In this document: positions 8,122 to 16,137 of the stretch, piece after piece
How positions within the stretch are numbered: position 1 is the first letter of the stretch
Layout of the letters: each line of letters opens with the position of its first letter
Origin: Cyanobacteria bacterium P01_E01_bin.42
GTDB taxonomy: Bacteria > Cyanobacteriota > Cyanobacteriia > Cyanobacteriales > Spirulinaceae
Length of the DNA stretch: 18,882 nt
Assembly: GCA_039194995.1 (NCBI GenBank)
Contig: JBCCVR010000004.1
Span: 1 to 18,882 of the forward strand
Direction of reading: 5' to 3'
Translations under genes and position numbers: made by a program
The notes under the pieces: generated by a model
Database searches by the model: none
What the model was told of the DNA's origin: nothing
Seen by the model: the letters and a program-made list of their open reading frames with translations, nothing else

Positions 8122-8670
8122 TTAAGAAGCCTGTAATTCATCCAATTTTGCTAGGACTTGCTTGCTGTGAATAATGGGTTGCACCCCTAGGAAAATTTCT
8201 CGAAGAATGCCTTCAGGATCGATAATATAAGTATGGCGTAAAGAGAAGAGACCCAACCAAGAACCATAACGTTTGCTGATGCTCCCATCAATATCGGCAA
8301 GGAGGGGAAATTTCAAGCCTTCTGAATCGCAAAAGTCGGCGTGAGAGTCGATATCATCTGCACTTACTCCCAAAATTTGCGCATTTCTGGCGATGTATTC
8401 GGGCAAATCTTTTTGAAATCTTTGGGCTTCTATGGTACATCCGGAGGTGAAATCTTTCGGATAGAAATAAAGAACGACCCATTGCCCGCGATAATCCGAA
8501 AGGGAGATTTCTCCATCTCCCGTATTGGTGGGTAAAGTAAACTCGGGGGCGAGTGCATCGATCGCGGGCTGTTTGCCTCCCAAGGCGATCGCCTCGGGTA
8601 GGAAATTTAACCACATCAGATAGGCGCAAAAGCTCGCAAGCAGTACGCGAAATAGAGAGCGACGGGACAT
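8122..8670 (-). CDS. prxQ: Peroxiredoxin, PrxQ/BCP type (AhpC/TSA family), with Tat-like signal peptide
   Basis: Core YRGQWVVLYFYPKDFTSGCTIEAQRF with the peroxidatic Cys in the T-x-x-C context. ILGVSADD block. The N-terminal extension MSRRSLFRVLLASFCAYLMWL resembles a twin-arginine (S-R-R-x-L-F) export signal, as in lumenal or periplasmic PrxQ. Confidence 0.85.
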   Translation of the reverse strand: MSRRSLFRVLLASFCAYLMWLNFLPEAIALGGKQPAIDALAPEFTLPTNTGDGEISLSDYRGQWVVLYFYPKDFTSGCTIEAQRFQKDLPEYIARNAQILGVSADDIDSHADFCDSEGLKFPLLADIDGSISKRYGSWLGLFSLRHTYIIDPEGILREIFLGVQPIIHSKQVLAKLDELQAS

Positions 8671-8777
8671 AACAAAAAACTCAATTAATAGGGCAGTGTT
8701 GGAACGAACGCAATTCTTTTCTGGGAATGACGGCGATTGTTAAGAATTTATTATATCGCTTTGCCCGATCGCGCGGT

Positions 8778-8783
8778 TATAAT
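8778..8783 (+). promoter_or_regulatory. Candidate -10 hexamer (TATAAT) for cbiD
   Basis: The exact consensus TATAAT lies 26 nt upstream of the cbiD start. There is no convincing -35 element. Confidence 0.3.
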
Positions 8784-8808
8784 CCTAAATTAATTATTTT
8801 GAATTGAT

Positions 8809-9930
8809 TTGACTATTTCTCAACCGCGATCGGGATTTACTTTACCTGTTTTTGCCTGTGCTGCTGCTGTGGCTGCGTTGCGCTACCTCCAGCAACAAAT
8901 CCCTTTAGAAACGGTAAAAATCGATCTCATCGAACCCCCAGAAACTACCGAAATTCCCATCGCACAAGTCGCTAAAATTAGCGATCGCTCTGCTTTAGCC
9001 ATGACTCACAGCGATCCCGGCGATAATTTGGATTTAACCCGCAATACCCCCATTTGGGCAATCGTAGAATGGCGAGATAATCGCGATCGACTTCCGCAAA
9101 TTACGATTGAAGGAGGAGAAGGAATTGGCAAACAACGCGATCGCGACGGACAAGCGGCAATTTATGCTTATGCTACCCGATTATTACAGCAGAATTTGCA
9201 AATTTTCCTTTCTCCCCACGAAGCCATTACCGTTAAAATTATCCTGCCAGAAGGACGCAAGTTAGCTCAACGCACCTCGAATGAAGCCTTTGGCGTAATT
9301 GAAGGACTTTCTCTATTAGGGACGACGGGAATTAGTCAGCCTTTAAGTTCTCCTCAACAGTTAGAAATTTATCGAGAAGAATTAACCGAAAAAGCAGCAA
9401 AATTCGGTTGTTTGGTATTCTGTGTGGGAGAAAATGGGCTGGCTTTGGCTCGCAGTTCGGGAATTAACCCCGATCGCCTTGTTAAAACTGCCAATTGGTT
9501 GGGTCCTTTGTTCGTCGCGGCGGGAGTTTTGGGGGTGCGATCGCTACTCCTCTTCGGCTATCACGGCAAGCTGATCAAACTCGCTGGCGGTATCTTCCAC
9601 ACCCATCACCACCTCGCCGACGGACGTTTGGAGATTTTTACCGCCCATTGTGCCAAAATCGGTTTACCCGCCCCGATTCTCGCCGATATTTTCCACAGTC
9701 CCACTACAGAAGCCGCCTTGCAATACCTGCGGGAAGTTGCCCCCGAAAGCGTCGATCGCATCTATGCCTCCCTTGCTGAAACCATCGATCGCCGCAGCCG
9801 AGAATATATTCGCAAACACTGCGATCGCGATGTTGGTATCGGTTCGATCCTCTTCGATCGCGATCGGAAAATAATTGTTAAAAGTCAACAGGCAACAACA
9901 CTTTTTCCCGATTGTGGTATAATACTCTGA
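8809..9930 (+). CDS. cbiD: Cobalt-precorrin-5B (C1)-methyltransferase CbiD
   Basis: The N-terminal SGFTLPVFACAAAVAALRYL matches the GYTxGxxAAAAAKAA signature of CbiD. Length 373 aa. A TTG start was taken from the ORF track, so the exact start is uncertain. Confidence 0.85.
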   Translation: MTISQPRSGFTLPVFACAAAVAALRYLQQQIPLETVKIDLIEPPETTEIPIAQVAKISDRSALAMTHSDPGDNLDLTRNTPIWAIVEWRDNRDRLPQITIEGGEGIGKQRDRDGQAAIYAYATRLLQQNLQIFLSPHEAITVKIILPEGRKLAQRTSNEAFGVIEGLSLLGTTGISQPLSSPQQLEIYREELTEKAAKFGCLVFCVGENGLALARSSGINPDRLVKTANWLGPLFVAAGVLGVRSLLLFGYHGKLIKLAGGIFHTHHHLADGRLEIFTAHCAKIGLPAPILADIFHSPTTEAALQYLREVAPESVDRIYASLAETIDRRSREYIRKHCDRDVGIGSILFDRDRKIIVKSQQATTLFPDCGIIL

Positions 9931-10110
9931 ATAACTAATTAATATTTAACAAGCCTTTGATTATAAGGCATTCTTGCTTGCTGTCTCATTGATTCGCTTT
10001 CTAGATTGGGTGGAGGAATCCCTCAATTTGTAAAAATCATTGTACCAATTCTCAATTGGGAAATCCCGATCGGATCTAGGTTTATCTCTTAGAATCTGTA
10101 ATTACTATTT

Positions 10111-10140
10111 GAAGAATTGGTGAGAATTGGTGAGAATTGG
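10111..10140. repeat. Decamer tandem repeat (GAAGAATTGG, TGAGAATTGG, TGAGAATTGG)
   Basis: Three head-to-tail 10-mers. An inverted partner CCAATTCTCAATTGG lies at 10045-10059 and a further AATTGAGAAT at 10197-10206, all within the 450-bp cbiD-guaA spacer. Confidence 0.75.
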
Positions 10141-10382
10141 TACTACGATGTGGAGTTTTTTGCAACTAGAGTTTGCGATCGGCTTGACTCCTGATAATTG
10201 AGAATGTTTTTTAACTCATAATTTTGAGCGCCTATCTAGATTCTGCGATTTTATTTCGCCATCTAAAAGGGTCTACTTGACTGCATCTGCATTTAATCTT
10301 CTGTTTTTGAATTAAAACTCAAACCGCTTCTTCTTAGACCATCGCCGCGATCGGCTTGGCTTCGCATACCTAAATATAATCT

Positions 10383-12008
10383 ATGACCACTCAAACCCGA
10401 CCTAACGTCACTGTAGAGACTTTGCCACCAAAGTCCATAGAAACCAGTATCAATCGCCAAACCATCGCGATTCTAGACTTTGGTTCCCAATATTCGGAAC
10501 TCATCGCCAGACGCATTCGAGAAACGCAAGTATATTCAGAAGTTCTCTCCTATCGTACCACCGCCGAACACCTCGCCAAACTCAACCCCAAAGGGATTAT
10601 CCTTTCGGGAGGGCCTAGCTCTGTTTATGACGAATTTGCTCCTCATTGCGATCGCGGCATTTGGGATTTAGGCATTCCCATTCTCGGGGTTTGTTACGGG
10701 ATGCAATTAATGGTACAGCAATTGGGCGGCTCTGTGGAACGAGCCAAACAAGCAGAATACGGCAAAGCCTCCCTCATCATTGACGATCCCACCGATCTGC
10801 TCACCAACGTAGAAGACAAATCGACCATGTGGATGAGTCACGGGGATTCCTGTATGGAACTGCCCGCAGGATTCGATATTCTCGCTCATACCGAGAATAC
10901 GCGCTGCGCCGCGATCGCCGACCACGAAAAACACCTCTACGGCGTGCAGTTTCACCCCGAGGTCGTTCATTCCACCGACGGACAAGCACTGATCCGTAAT
11001 TTTGTCTATCACATTTGCGATTGCGAACCCACTTGGACAACGGAAACTTTTGTCGAAGAATCCATTCGGGAAATTCGCGCCAAAGTCGGCGATAAACGGG
11101 TTCTTCTCGCCCTCTCCGGCGGCGTGGACTCCTCAACCCTCGCCTTTTTAATGCACGAAGCCATCGGCGATCGCCTCACCTGTATGTTCATCGATCAGGG
11201 TTTCATGCGCAAAGGAGAACCGGAACGACTGGTGGAGATTTTCGATCGCCAGTTTCACATTTCCGTCGAATACGTGAACGCCCGAGAGCGTTTCCTCGCT
11301 AAACTCGACGGCATCACCGATCCCGAAGAAAAACGCCGCCGCATCGGTCACGAATTTATCCGGGTCTTTGAAGAAGAATCCCAACGCCTCGGACCCTTTG
11401 ATTATCTGGCTCAAGGAACCCTCTATCCCGACGTGATCGAATCTGCCGATACCAACGTGGATCCGAAAACCGGGGAACGGGTTGCGGTGAAAATTAAAAG
11501 CCATCATAACGTCGGCGGACTGCCCAAAAATCTGCAATTCAAACTGATCGAACCTCTGCGGAAACTCTTCAAAGATGAAGTGCGCAAAGTCGGCACTGCA
11601 ATCGGACTCCCCTCGGAAATCATCCGCCGCCATCCCTTCCCAGGGCCTGGTTTAGCCATTCGCATTATTGGCGAAGTCACCTCCGAACGCTTGAATATTT
11701 TACGGGATGCAGATTTTGTCGTGCGCGATGAAATCCAAAAACAGGGCAAATACAACGACTTCTGGCAAGCCTTCGCCGTTCTCCTGCCCATTCGTAGTGT
11801 TGGCGTGATGGGCGATCGGCGCACTTACGCCCATCCCGTTGTCTTGCGTTTTGTCTCCAGCGAAGACGGCATGACGGCAGATTGGTCGCGAGTCCCTTAC
11901 GACCTCCTCGAAACAATTTCCAATCGCATCGTTAATGAAGTCAAGGGCGTAAATCGCGTGGTTTACGATATTACCTCCAAACCCCCCGGAACCATTGAAT
12001 GGGAATAA
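10383..12008 (+). CDS. guaA: GMP synthase (glutamine-hydrolysing)
   Basis: N-terminal class I GATase ([35 protein letters not shown]). ATP-PPase P-loop SGGVDSS. C-terminal dimerisation domain ending ...PPGTIEWE. Length 541 aa. Confidence 0.95.
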   Translation: MTTQTRPNVTVETLPPKSIETSINRQTIAILDFGSQYSELIARRIRETQVYSEVLSYRTTAEHLAKLNPKGIILSGGPSSVYDEFAPHCDRGIWDLGIPILGVCYGMQLMVQQLGGSVERAKQAEYGKASLIIDDPTDLLTNVEDKSTMWMSHGDSCMELPAGFDILAHTENTRCAAIADHEKHLYGVQFHPEVVHSTDGQALIRNFVYHICDCEPTWTTETFVEESIREIRAKVGDKRVLLALSGGVDSSTLAFLMHEAIGDRLTCMFIDQGFMRKGEPERLVEIFDRQFHISVEYVNARERFLAKLDGITDPEEKRRRIGHEFIRVFEEESQRLGPFDYLAQGTLYPDVIESADTNVDPKTGERVAVKIKSHHNVGGLPKNLQFKLIEPLRKLFKDEVRKVGTAIGLPSEIIRRHPFPGPGLAIRIIGEVTSERLNILRDADFVVRDEIQKQGKYNDFWQAFAVLLPIRSVGVMGDRRTYAHPVVLRFVSSEDGMTADWSRVPYDLLETISNRIVNEVKGVNRVVYDITSKPPGTIEWE

Positions 12009-12028
12009 TCCCTTCGCGATCGCTGACT

Positions 12029-12075
12029 GCATCTTCTTCCCGATAGCGACGGAAAGAAGATGTAAGCTATTTTTA
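12029..12075 (+). terminator. Candidate rho-independent terminator of guaA
   Basis: Inverted repeat CATCTTCTTCC (12030-12040) and GGAAAGAAGATG (12051-12062), with a 10-nt loop and a one-base bulge. It is followed by TAAGCTATTTTTAT with a T-run. It starts 21 nt after the guaA stop. Confidence 0.55.
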
Positions 12076-12081
12076 TAGAAG

Positions 12082-12471
12082 ATGACAGCCTTCCCAGTTA
12101 GCATGAATCAACCCAATAAACCCGCTTTAATGCGTCCGAAACCGCGTCCTCAAGGGGAAAAAGCATCCAAAAGCCCGACTCCCGCCAGCTCCCAAGAAGT
12201 CGCTGCCCCCAAACCGACTCCCACCGTCCCGAGCAAGCCTTCGATATCCGTCCCCAGTAAGCCGCAAAAAGTCCCCAAACCCCGCAAAGTCGAGCCAATT
12301 TGGGAGCATGACGGATTGAAAGCCGGAGACGAGATCGCGCTTCCCTATAGCGGTCAAACTGTCACCGTGACTCAGTTTTTTAAAACCATTAGCGATACTT
12401 GGTATGTGGCTTTTGAAGGCGGTTGCGCCCATCAAGAAGCCGTAACGGTTGTGTCAAAGCAGGAAGGATAA
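12082..12471 (+). CDS. Hypothetical protein, Pro/Lys-rich low-complexity N-terminus with ~55-aa C-terminal globular region
   Basis: 129-aa ORF. The N-terminal 75 aa are P/K/S-rich (PKPRPQGEKASKSPTPASS...PKPTPTVPSKPSISVPSKPQKVPKPRK). The C-terminus is EPIWEHDGLKAGDEIALPYSGQTVTVTQFFKTISDTWYVAFEGGCAHQEA. It starts 10 bp after the guaA terminator hairpin. Antisense ORFs also exist here, so coding status is uncertain. Confidence 0.45.
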   Translation: MTAFPVSMNQPNKPALMRPKPRPQGEKASKSPTPASSQEVAAPKPTPTVPSKPSISVPSKPQKVPKPRKVEPIWEHDGLKAGDEIALPYSGQTVTVTQFFKTISDTWYVAFEGGCAHQEAVTVVSKQEG

Positions 12472-12476
12472 CGACT

Positions 12477-12530
12477 GAGGGAAGAAGGCTAAAAATATCG
12501 TCCTTCTCCCTTAACTTTTCTGTTTTGCTA
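12477..12530. terminator. Hairpin + T-tract between convergent genes (putative bidirectional terminator)
   Basis: GAGGGAAGAAGG (12477-12488) pairs with CCTTCTCCCT (12502-12511), with a 13-nt loop. It is followed by TTAACTTTTCTGTTTTG. It lies between the stop of 12082..12471 (+) and the stop of the GDSL gene (-). Confidence 0.5.
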
Positions 12531-12536
12531 AGGGAA

Positions 12537-13181
12537 TTAATTGGAATAAAGAGAGTTTGACGATCGCGATCGTCGGCGATCGGTGGAATAATTTGCAGTA
12601 AACCAGGACAGCCAAGGCGACCAATTTTGCACCAAATCCGCTAATTCTGCATACCCTTCAATATAGGGATGAATGCCATCATTTTCTCGCACTTCTTGCA
12701 TCCACGCGACAGAGGATCGCAAGGGCGTAAAGATATCGAGATAGGGAATATCTAATTCTATACAAACCGAAAAAAACGCTTCTGAGAGGCGATAGATTCT
12801 TTGATTGTGTTGAGTATTGGCAACCGGAGGCGGCCCGATCGCCAGAACGGGAAATGACTTTTTAGCAACATTGAGAATATTGTAAGTATTACTTAAAGAA
12901 TCTCGCAATCCTAACCGAGGTCGTCCCCTTGTGAGGGCGGTATCATTGACCCCAAACGAAAAGACAACATGATTTTTTTCTCCTGGTTGAAAGCGATAAG
13001 ATAGTTCCCGCAACCATCGTTTTTTGATATCCGCACTGGTATCCTGACGAACGCCCAAATTATAAATTGTAAATTGATATCCCCGTAACGCCGTTTCCCC
13101 GCACAGTCTTCCCACCCAACCCAAATACTCCGGATCCCCCGTCCCACAGACGAAGGAATCCCCAATAAATGCAATTTCCAT
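12537..13181 (-). CDS. SGNH/GDSL-family hydrolase (lipase/esterase)
   Basis: N-terminal block I FIGDSFVCGTGD with the catalytic Ser in GDS. Block III FSFGVNDT. Block V DGIHP (DxxH). Length 214 aa. Confidence 0.75.
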   Translation of the reverse strand: MEIAFIGDSFVCGTGDPEYLGWVGRLCGETALRGYQFTIYNLGVRQDTSADIKKRWLRELSYRFQPGEKNHVVFSFGVNDTALTRGRPRLGLRDSLSNTYNILNVAKKSFPVLAIGPPPVANTQHNQRIYRLSEAFFSVCIELDIPYLDIFTPLRSSVAWMQEVRENDGIHPYIEGYAELADLVQNWSPWLSWFTANYSTDRRRSRSSNSLYSN

Positions 13182-13289
13182 GTTTTCATTTGCCCGATAG
13201 CACCCTTTTTTTTATATTTTTAGCGATCGCCCCACAGAAAAAATGCTATCCTAGAGGATGCTGTCAAAATTTACAGAACGCAGGCAAAC

Positions 13290-13592
13290 ATGGCAAAAAA
13301 GAGCATGATCGAGCGCGAAAAAAAGCGCAAGAAATTAGTTGAAAAATACGCCGCGAAGCGCGAAGCCCTCAAAGAACAAATGAAGCAAGCCCAAACCCCC
13401 TTAGAACGGCTGGAAATCCAGAGAAAAATGCAACGCTTGCCGCTGAATAGCTCCAAAGTGCGCGTTCGCAATCGCTGTATGGTAACGGGTCGTCCTAGAG
13501 GATACTATCGCGATTTCGGTCTTTCCCGCCACGTCATCCGCGAGTGGGCCCACGAAGGACTGTTACCCGGTGTCGTCAAATCTAGCTGGTAA
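13290..13592 (+). CDS. rpsN: 30S ribosomal protein S14
   Basis: [28 protein letters not shown] ... [43 protein letters not shown] is a full-length S14 signature at 100 aa. Confidence 0.95.
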   Translation: MAKKSMIEREKKRKKLVEKYAAKREALKEQMKQAQTPLERLEIQRKMQRLPLNSSKVRVRNRCMVTGRPRGYYRDFGLSRHVIREWAHEGLLPGVVKSSW

Positions 13593-13611
13593 GTTGGGAA
13601 AACTCTCAAAA

Positions 13612-13643
13612 TTTTGAATTCTGAATTTTGAACTTTGAATTGA
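13612..13643. repeat. STRR-like heptamer tandem repeat (YTYTGAA)x4.5
   Basis: TTTTGAA TTCTGAA TTTTGAA CTTTGAA TTGA lies between the rpsN stop and the stop of the convergent hypothetical gene. Confidence 0.75.
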
Positions 13644-13645
13644 TA

Positions 13646-13978
13646 TCACTCGCCGCAACAGCGATCGATCCCCAAACTGTCCAAGATCAGATCGCTGACG
13701 GCATTGGCAACAGCAAACTCGCCATAAAAGCTCTGGCTAAAGTCAAATGCCTGCATCTCCGTCACGATCGCAATGACCAAAGATCCGAGATCGTTCTCTC
13801 CTTCCAAACGCTGACGCACGAAAATCTGAGCCGCGCGTTTGGCGATCTTGTGGTTGACGGGTTCCGGTAGAAACTCGCCATTGAGCCTAGTTAGCAAATT
13901 TTTATGCAACCACTCCCCCTCAACGTCGGAGTTTTTCAGGGGGGGTAGGGTAACGGGTGGAATTGGATCGGACATCAT
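13646..13978 (-). CDS. Hypothetical protein (110 aa)
   Basis: Longest ORF in this spacer (MMSDPIPPVTLPPLKNSDVEGEWLHKNLLTRL...). I recognise no family. A competing 80-aa ORF on the + strand (13628..13870) overlaps it. I chose the minus ORF on length alone. Confidence 0.4.
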   Translation of the reverse strand: MMSDPIPPVTLPPLKNSDVEGEWLHKNLLTRLNGEFLPEPVNHKIAKRAAQIFVRQRLEGENDLGSLVIAIVTEMQAFDFSQSFYGEFAVANAVSDLILDSLGIDRCCGE

Positions 13979-14338
13979 TTTTAGGTTGGCGATCGCCTTA
14001 TAACGTTAAGTTTTTAAATCTTATCGAAAATTTTATCGATTATTTCTCTGCATTGTACCCGAGGACGGTTTGAGAAACTGTCTATCGGGCGATCGATCGC
14101 GCCACAAAATTAATTAAAAATTTATTGAAAAGAATTCGGAATCTCCCTTGGAAACATTGTAGATTATTCGGGCCGCAGTATTTTGACTCAAACATCAAAT
14201 GTTCGGCGATCCGCCCCCATCTACCCCACCCCTGTCCCCAAAAAACCAGCCATCATAGAAATATCTGGATTTCCCCCGAGGAGGAAGCATGAACTTTTAT
14301 TGCTTTACATGCGTCTATAGATGTAGTAAACTAAAGTA

Positions 14339-14365
14339 AAGTCATAATGACTTCGTTTTAAAAAC
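14339..14365. promoter_or_regulatory. Two adjacent short palindromes (AGTCAT-A-ATGACT and CGTTTT-A-AAAACG) upstream of sigma factor gene
   Basis: Two perfect 6-bp inverted repeats, each with a 1-nt spacer, separated by 1 nt. They lie 260-290 bp upstream of the sigma factor start. They are candidate protein-binding operators. Confidence 0.3.
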
Positions 14366-14452
14366 GATTTTCAATTGGAGTAAACGAGTAAGAGGGTCGA
14401 GCAAGAGTAATGACCTCAAATAAAAATTGAGATTCCCTAAATTCCTCCAACT

Positions 14453-14478
14453 CAATTCAATCACCCAATTCAATCACC
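14453..14478. repeat. Tandem 13-mer direct repeat (CAATTCAATCACC)x2
   Basis: A perfect duplication in the long region upstream of the sigma factor gene. Confidence 0.7.
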
Positions 14479-14627
14479 ACGTTGTAAAAGCTCGCGATCG
14501 GAAAAAGTAGAGGCTTCCCGATTGTTGTTTCTCCCGCATCCAACCAAACATTATAGGGCATTTTCCCACGAGAACCAATCGGAGCAACGATAAGAATTTC
14601 TGCCATTAAGGAGTCACGAAAAGTAAG

Positions 14628-15617
14628 ATGCCAACAGCGAAACTCGAAACAAAAATGAAATCTCCGACCATTTCTGCGGATATGGTTCGCACCTATTTAC
14701 GGGAAATTGGCCGGGTACCCTTGCTCTCCCACGAACAGGAAATTCTCTACGGCAAACAAGTTCAACAATTAATGTTATTGTTGGAAGAAAGGGAAGTATT
14801 GCTGGAAAAATGGCAGCGAGAACCAACGAGATCGGAATGGTCTAAGCAGGTTAATTTAAGCGAAAACGAATTAGATAAACTGTTGGGTCAAGGGCGGCGT
14901 GCCAAACAGAAAATGATCGAAGCTAATTTGCGTTTAGTGGTGGCGATCGCCAAGAAATACCAAAAGCGAAATATGGAATTTCTAGACCTCATCCAAGAAG
15001 GAACCCTTGGTTTAGAACGCGGTGTAGAAAAGTTCGATCCCACCAAAGGATATAAGTTTTCGACCTATGCGTATTGGTGGATTCGTCAGGCAATTACAAG
15101 AGCGATCGCCCAACAATCTCGTGCCATTCGCCTGCCCATTCATATCACCGAAAAGCTCAATAAAATTAAGCGCGTGCAACGAGAGATCTCGCAAAAAATG
15201 GGACGCAGTGCCACCCCAAAAGAAATCGCTTCAGAATTGGGTTTGGAAACCGCTCAAATTCGCGAATATTTGAGTATTGCCCGTCAACCGATTTCTCTCG
15301 ATATGCGAGTCGGAGATAACCAAGATACGGAATTGTCGGAACTCTTAGAAGATGAAAATGCCTCTCCCGATGATTATCTGACCCAAGAATCCTTGCGTCA
15401 AGATTTAAGCAATATGATGGCAGAATTAACGCCCCAACAGCGCAACGTAATTGCTCTGCGCTATGGCTTAAAAGACGGAAAAACCCTCTCACTTGCGAAA
15501 ATTGGTAAGGAACTCAATATCAGCCGAGAACGAGTGCGACAGCTTGAAAATCAGGCACTTTCCCATCTCCGCAAACGTCGAGCAAAAGTACAAGAATATG
15601 TTTATCAACTAGCGTAG
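14628..15617 (+). CDS. RNA polymerase sigma factor, sigma-70 family group 2 (RpoD-like)
   Basis: Region 1.2 [20 protein letters not shown]. Region 2 ([66 protein letters not shown]). Region 3 [16 protein letters not shown]. Region 4 ([15 protein letters not shown]...[27 protein letters not shown]). At 329 aa it lacks the long region 1.1 of group 1, so it is group 2. The start could alternatively be the ATG at 14655. Confidence 0.9.
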   Translation: MPTAKLETKMKSPTISADMVRTYLREIGRVPLLSHEQEILYGKQVQQLMLLLEEREVLLEKWQREPTRSEWSKQVNLSENELDKLLGQGRRAKQKMIEANLRLVVAIAKKYQKRNMEFLDLIQEGTLGLERGVEKFDPTKGYKFSTYAYWWIRQAITRAIAQQSRAIRLPIHITEKLNKIKRVQREISQKMGRSATPKEIASELGLETAQIREYLSIARQPISLDMRVGDNQDTELSELLEDENASPDDYLTQESLRQDLSNMMAELTPQQRNVIALRYGLKDGKTLSLAKIGKELNISRERVRQLENQALSHLRKRRAKVQEYVYQLA

Positions 15618-15635
15618 AATCGGCATAAAATTTTA

Positions 15636-15678
15636 AAAAATAGAGGAGAGTGGTGAAAAGTTACTCTCCTCTATTTTT
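15636..15678. terminator. Bidirectional rho-independent terminator (perfect 15-bp stem)
   Basis: AAAAATAGAGGAGAG (15636-15650), loop TGGTGAAAAGTTA, CTCTCCTCTATTTTT (15664-15678). There are A-runs 5' and T-runs 3', so both strands show a hairpin followed by a U-tract. It lies between the convergent sigma factor (+) and thioesterase (-). The thioesterase stop codon is embedded in the 3' arm. Confidence 0.8.
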
Positions 15679-16090
15679 CTGCTTTACGCTTGTCTCGAAT
15701 CCATTGTAAAATTTCTTGAGGTAAAGGCGATCGCCGCCGACTTCCAGCATGAATGCAAACGTGGCGAGTGATGGCCCGTGCTAGTGTTTTTTGAGGGGTG
15801 TTGAGCGGACAAATTTGATAGGCGATCTCGAACTCCGTCTCGCTGAGTTGTTGGGGTGTCAGTTCAATCTCGATGCGATCGCCGCAAAATAAAGGTCGCA
15901 AAAAGTCTGCCGAACTGTGTACGATCGGCATAACAAGATTGGAAGGACTAACGAGAGCCTTCAACTCCAATCCCGATCGCGCCAATGATTCTTCGTAGGC
16001 TTGATGGCATAATCTGAAAATATTAGCGAAATAAACAACGCCGGCTGCATCTGTATCGGAGAGGTAAATTGTTTGTTGAATATTGTACAT
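15671..16090 (-). CDS. Acyl-CoA thioesterase, 4HBT/YbgC hot-dog family (cyanobacterial DHNA-CoA thioesterase-like)
   Basis: 139 aa. The N-terminus MYNIQQTIYLSDTDAAGVVYFANIFRLCHQAYEESL has the hot-dog-fold thioesterase pattern (D..G.V.FAN). The length is typical of 4HBT enzymes. Assignment to the phylloquinone DHNA-CoA thioesterase subgroup is inference only. Confidence 0.75.
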   Translation of the reverse strand: MYNIQQTIYLSDTDAAGVVYFANIFRLCHQAYEESLARSGLELKALVSPSNLVMPIVHSSADFLRPLFCGDRIEIELTPQQLSETEFEIAYQICPLNTPQKTLARAITRHVCIHAGSRRRSPLPQEILQWIRDKRKAEK

Positions 16091-16095
16091 TTTTC

Positions 16096-16127
16096 GTTAT
16101 TAGTTATTGGTTATTAGTTATTGGTCA
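16096..16127. repeat. STRR-like heptamer tandem repeat (GTTATTR)x4, copy B
   Basis: CGTTATTAGTTATTGGTTATTAGTTATTGGTC fills the 47-bp divergent spacer between the thioesterase start (16090, -) and the ABC start (16138, +). Confidence 0.8.
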
Positions 16128-16137
16128 ATTATCAGGT

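Noticed and set aside
8671-8808. Possible cobalamin riboswitch upstream of cbiD
   Set aside because: The spacer is only ~140 bp and the candidate -10 is 26 nt from the start. There is no B12-box-like element (AGYCMGGAAGACCKGCC), so it is too short for an AdoCbl aptamer.
9838-9850. GGTTCGATCC, a tRNA T-loop-like motif
   Set aside because: It lies inside the cbiD coding sequence, with no acceptor-stem complement or anticodon-arm structure around it. I found no tRNA elsewhere in the window.
10480-12104. Numerous antisense ORFs inside guaA (10480..10671, 10707..11012, 10801..11136, 11009..11191, 11148..11633, 11504..11824, 11677..11916, 11700..12104)
   Set aside because: guaA is unambiguous over this span. 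The alternates are Arg-rich, which is typical of antisense frames of GC-richer coding DNA.
13628-13870. 80-aa plus-strand ORF competing with the minus-strand 110-aa hypothetical
   Set aside because: It is shorter, its start lies inside the heptamer repeat array, and it is mutually exclusive with the longer minus ORF. The choice is weak and is flagged as uncertain.
14290-14340. 16-codon mini-ORF ATGAACTTTTATTGCTTTACATGCGTCTATAGATGTAGTAAACTAAAGTAA upstream of the sigma factor
   Set aside because: It is too short to support from the sequence alone. It is mentioned only as a possible leader peptide.
16069-16137. Extended N-terminus of the ABC ATPase as given by the ORF track
   Set aside because: The extra 23 codons (MFVEYCTFFVISYWLLVIGQLSG) read through the heptamer repeat and precede the conserved ABC N-terminus beginning at the ATG at 16138. 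They would also overlap the divergent thioesterase start.
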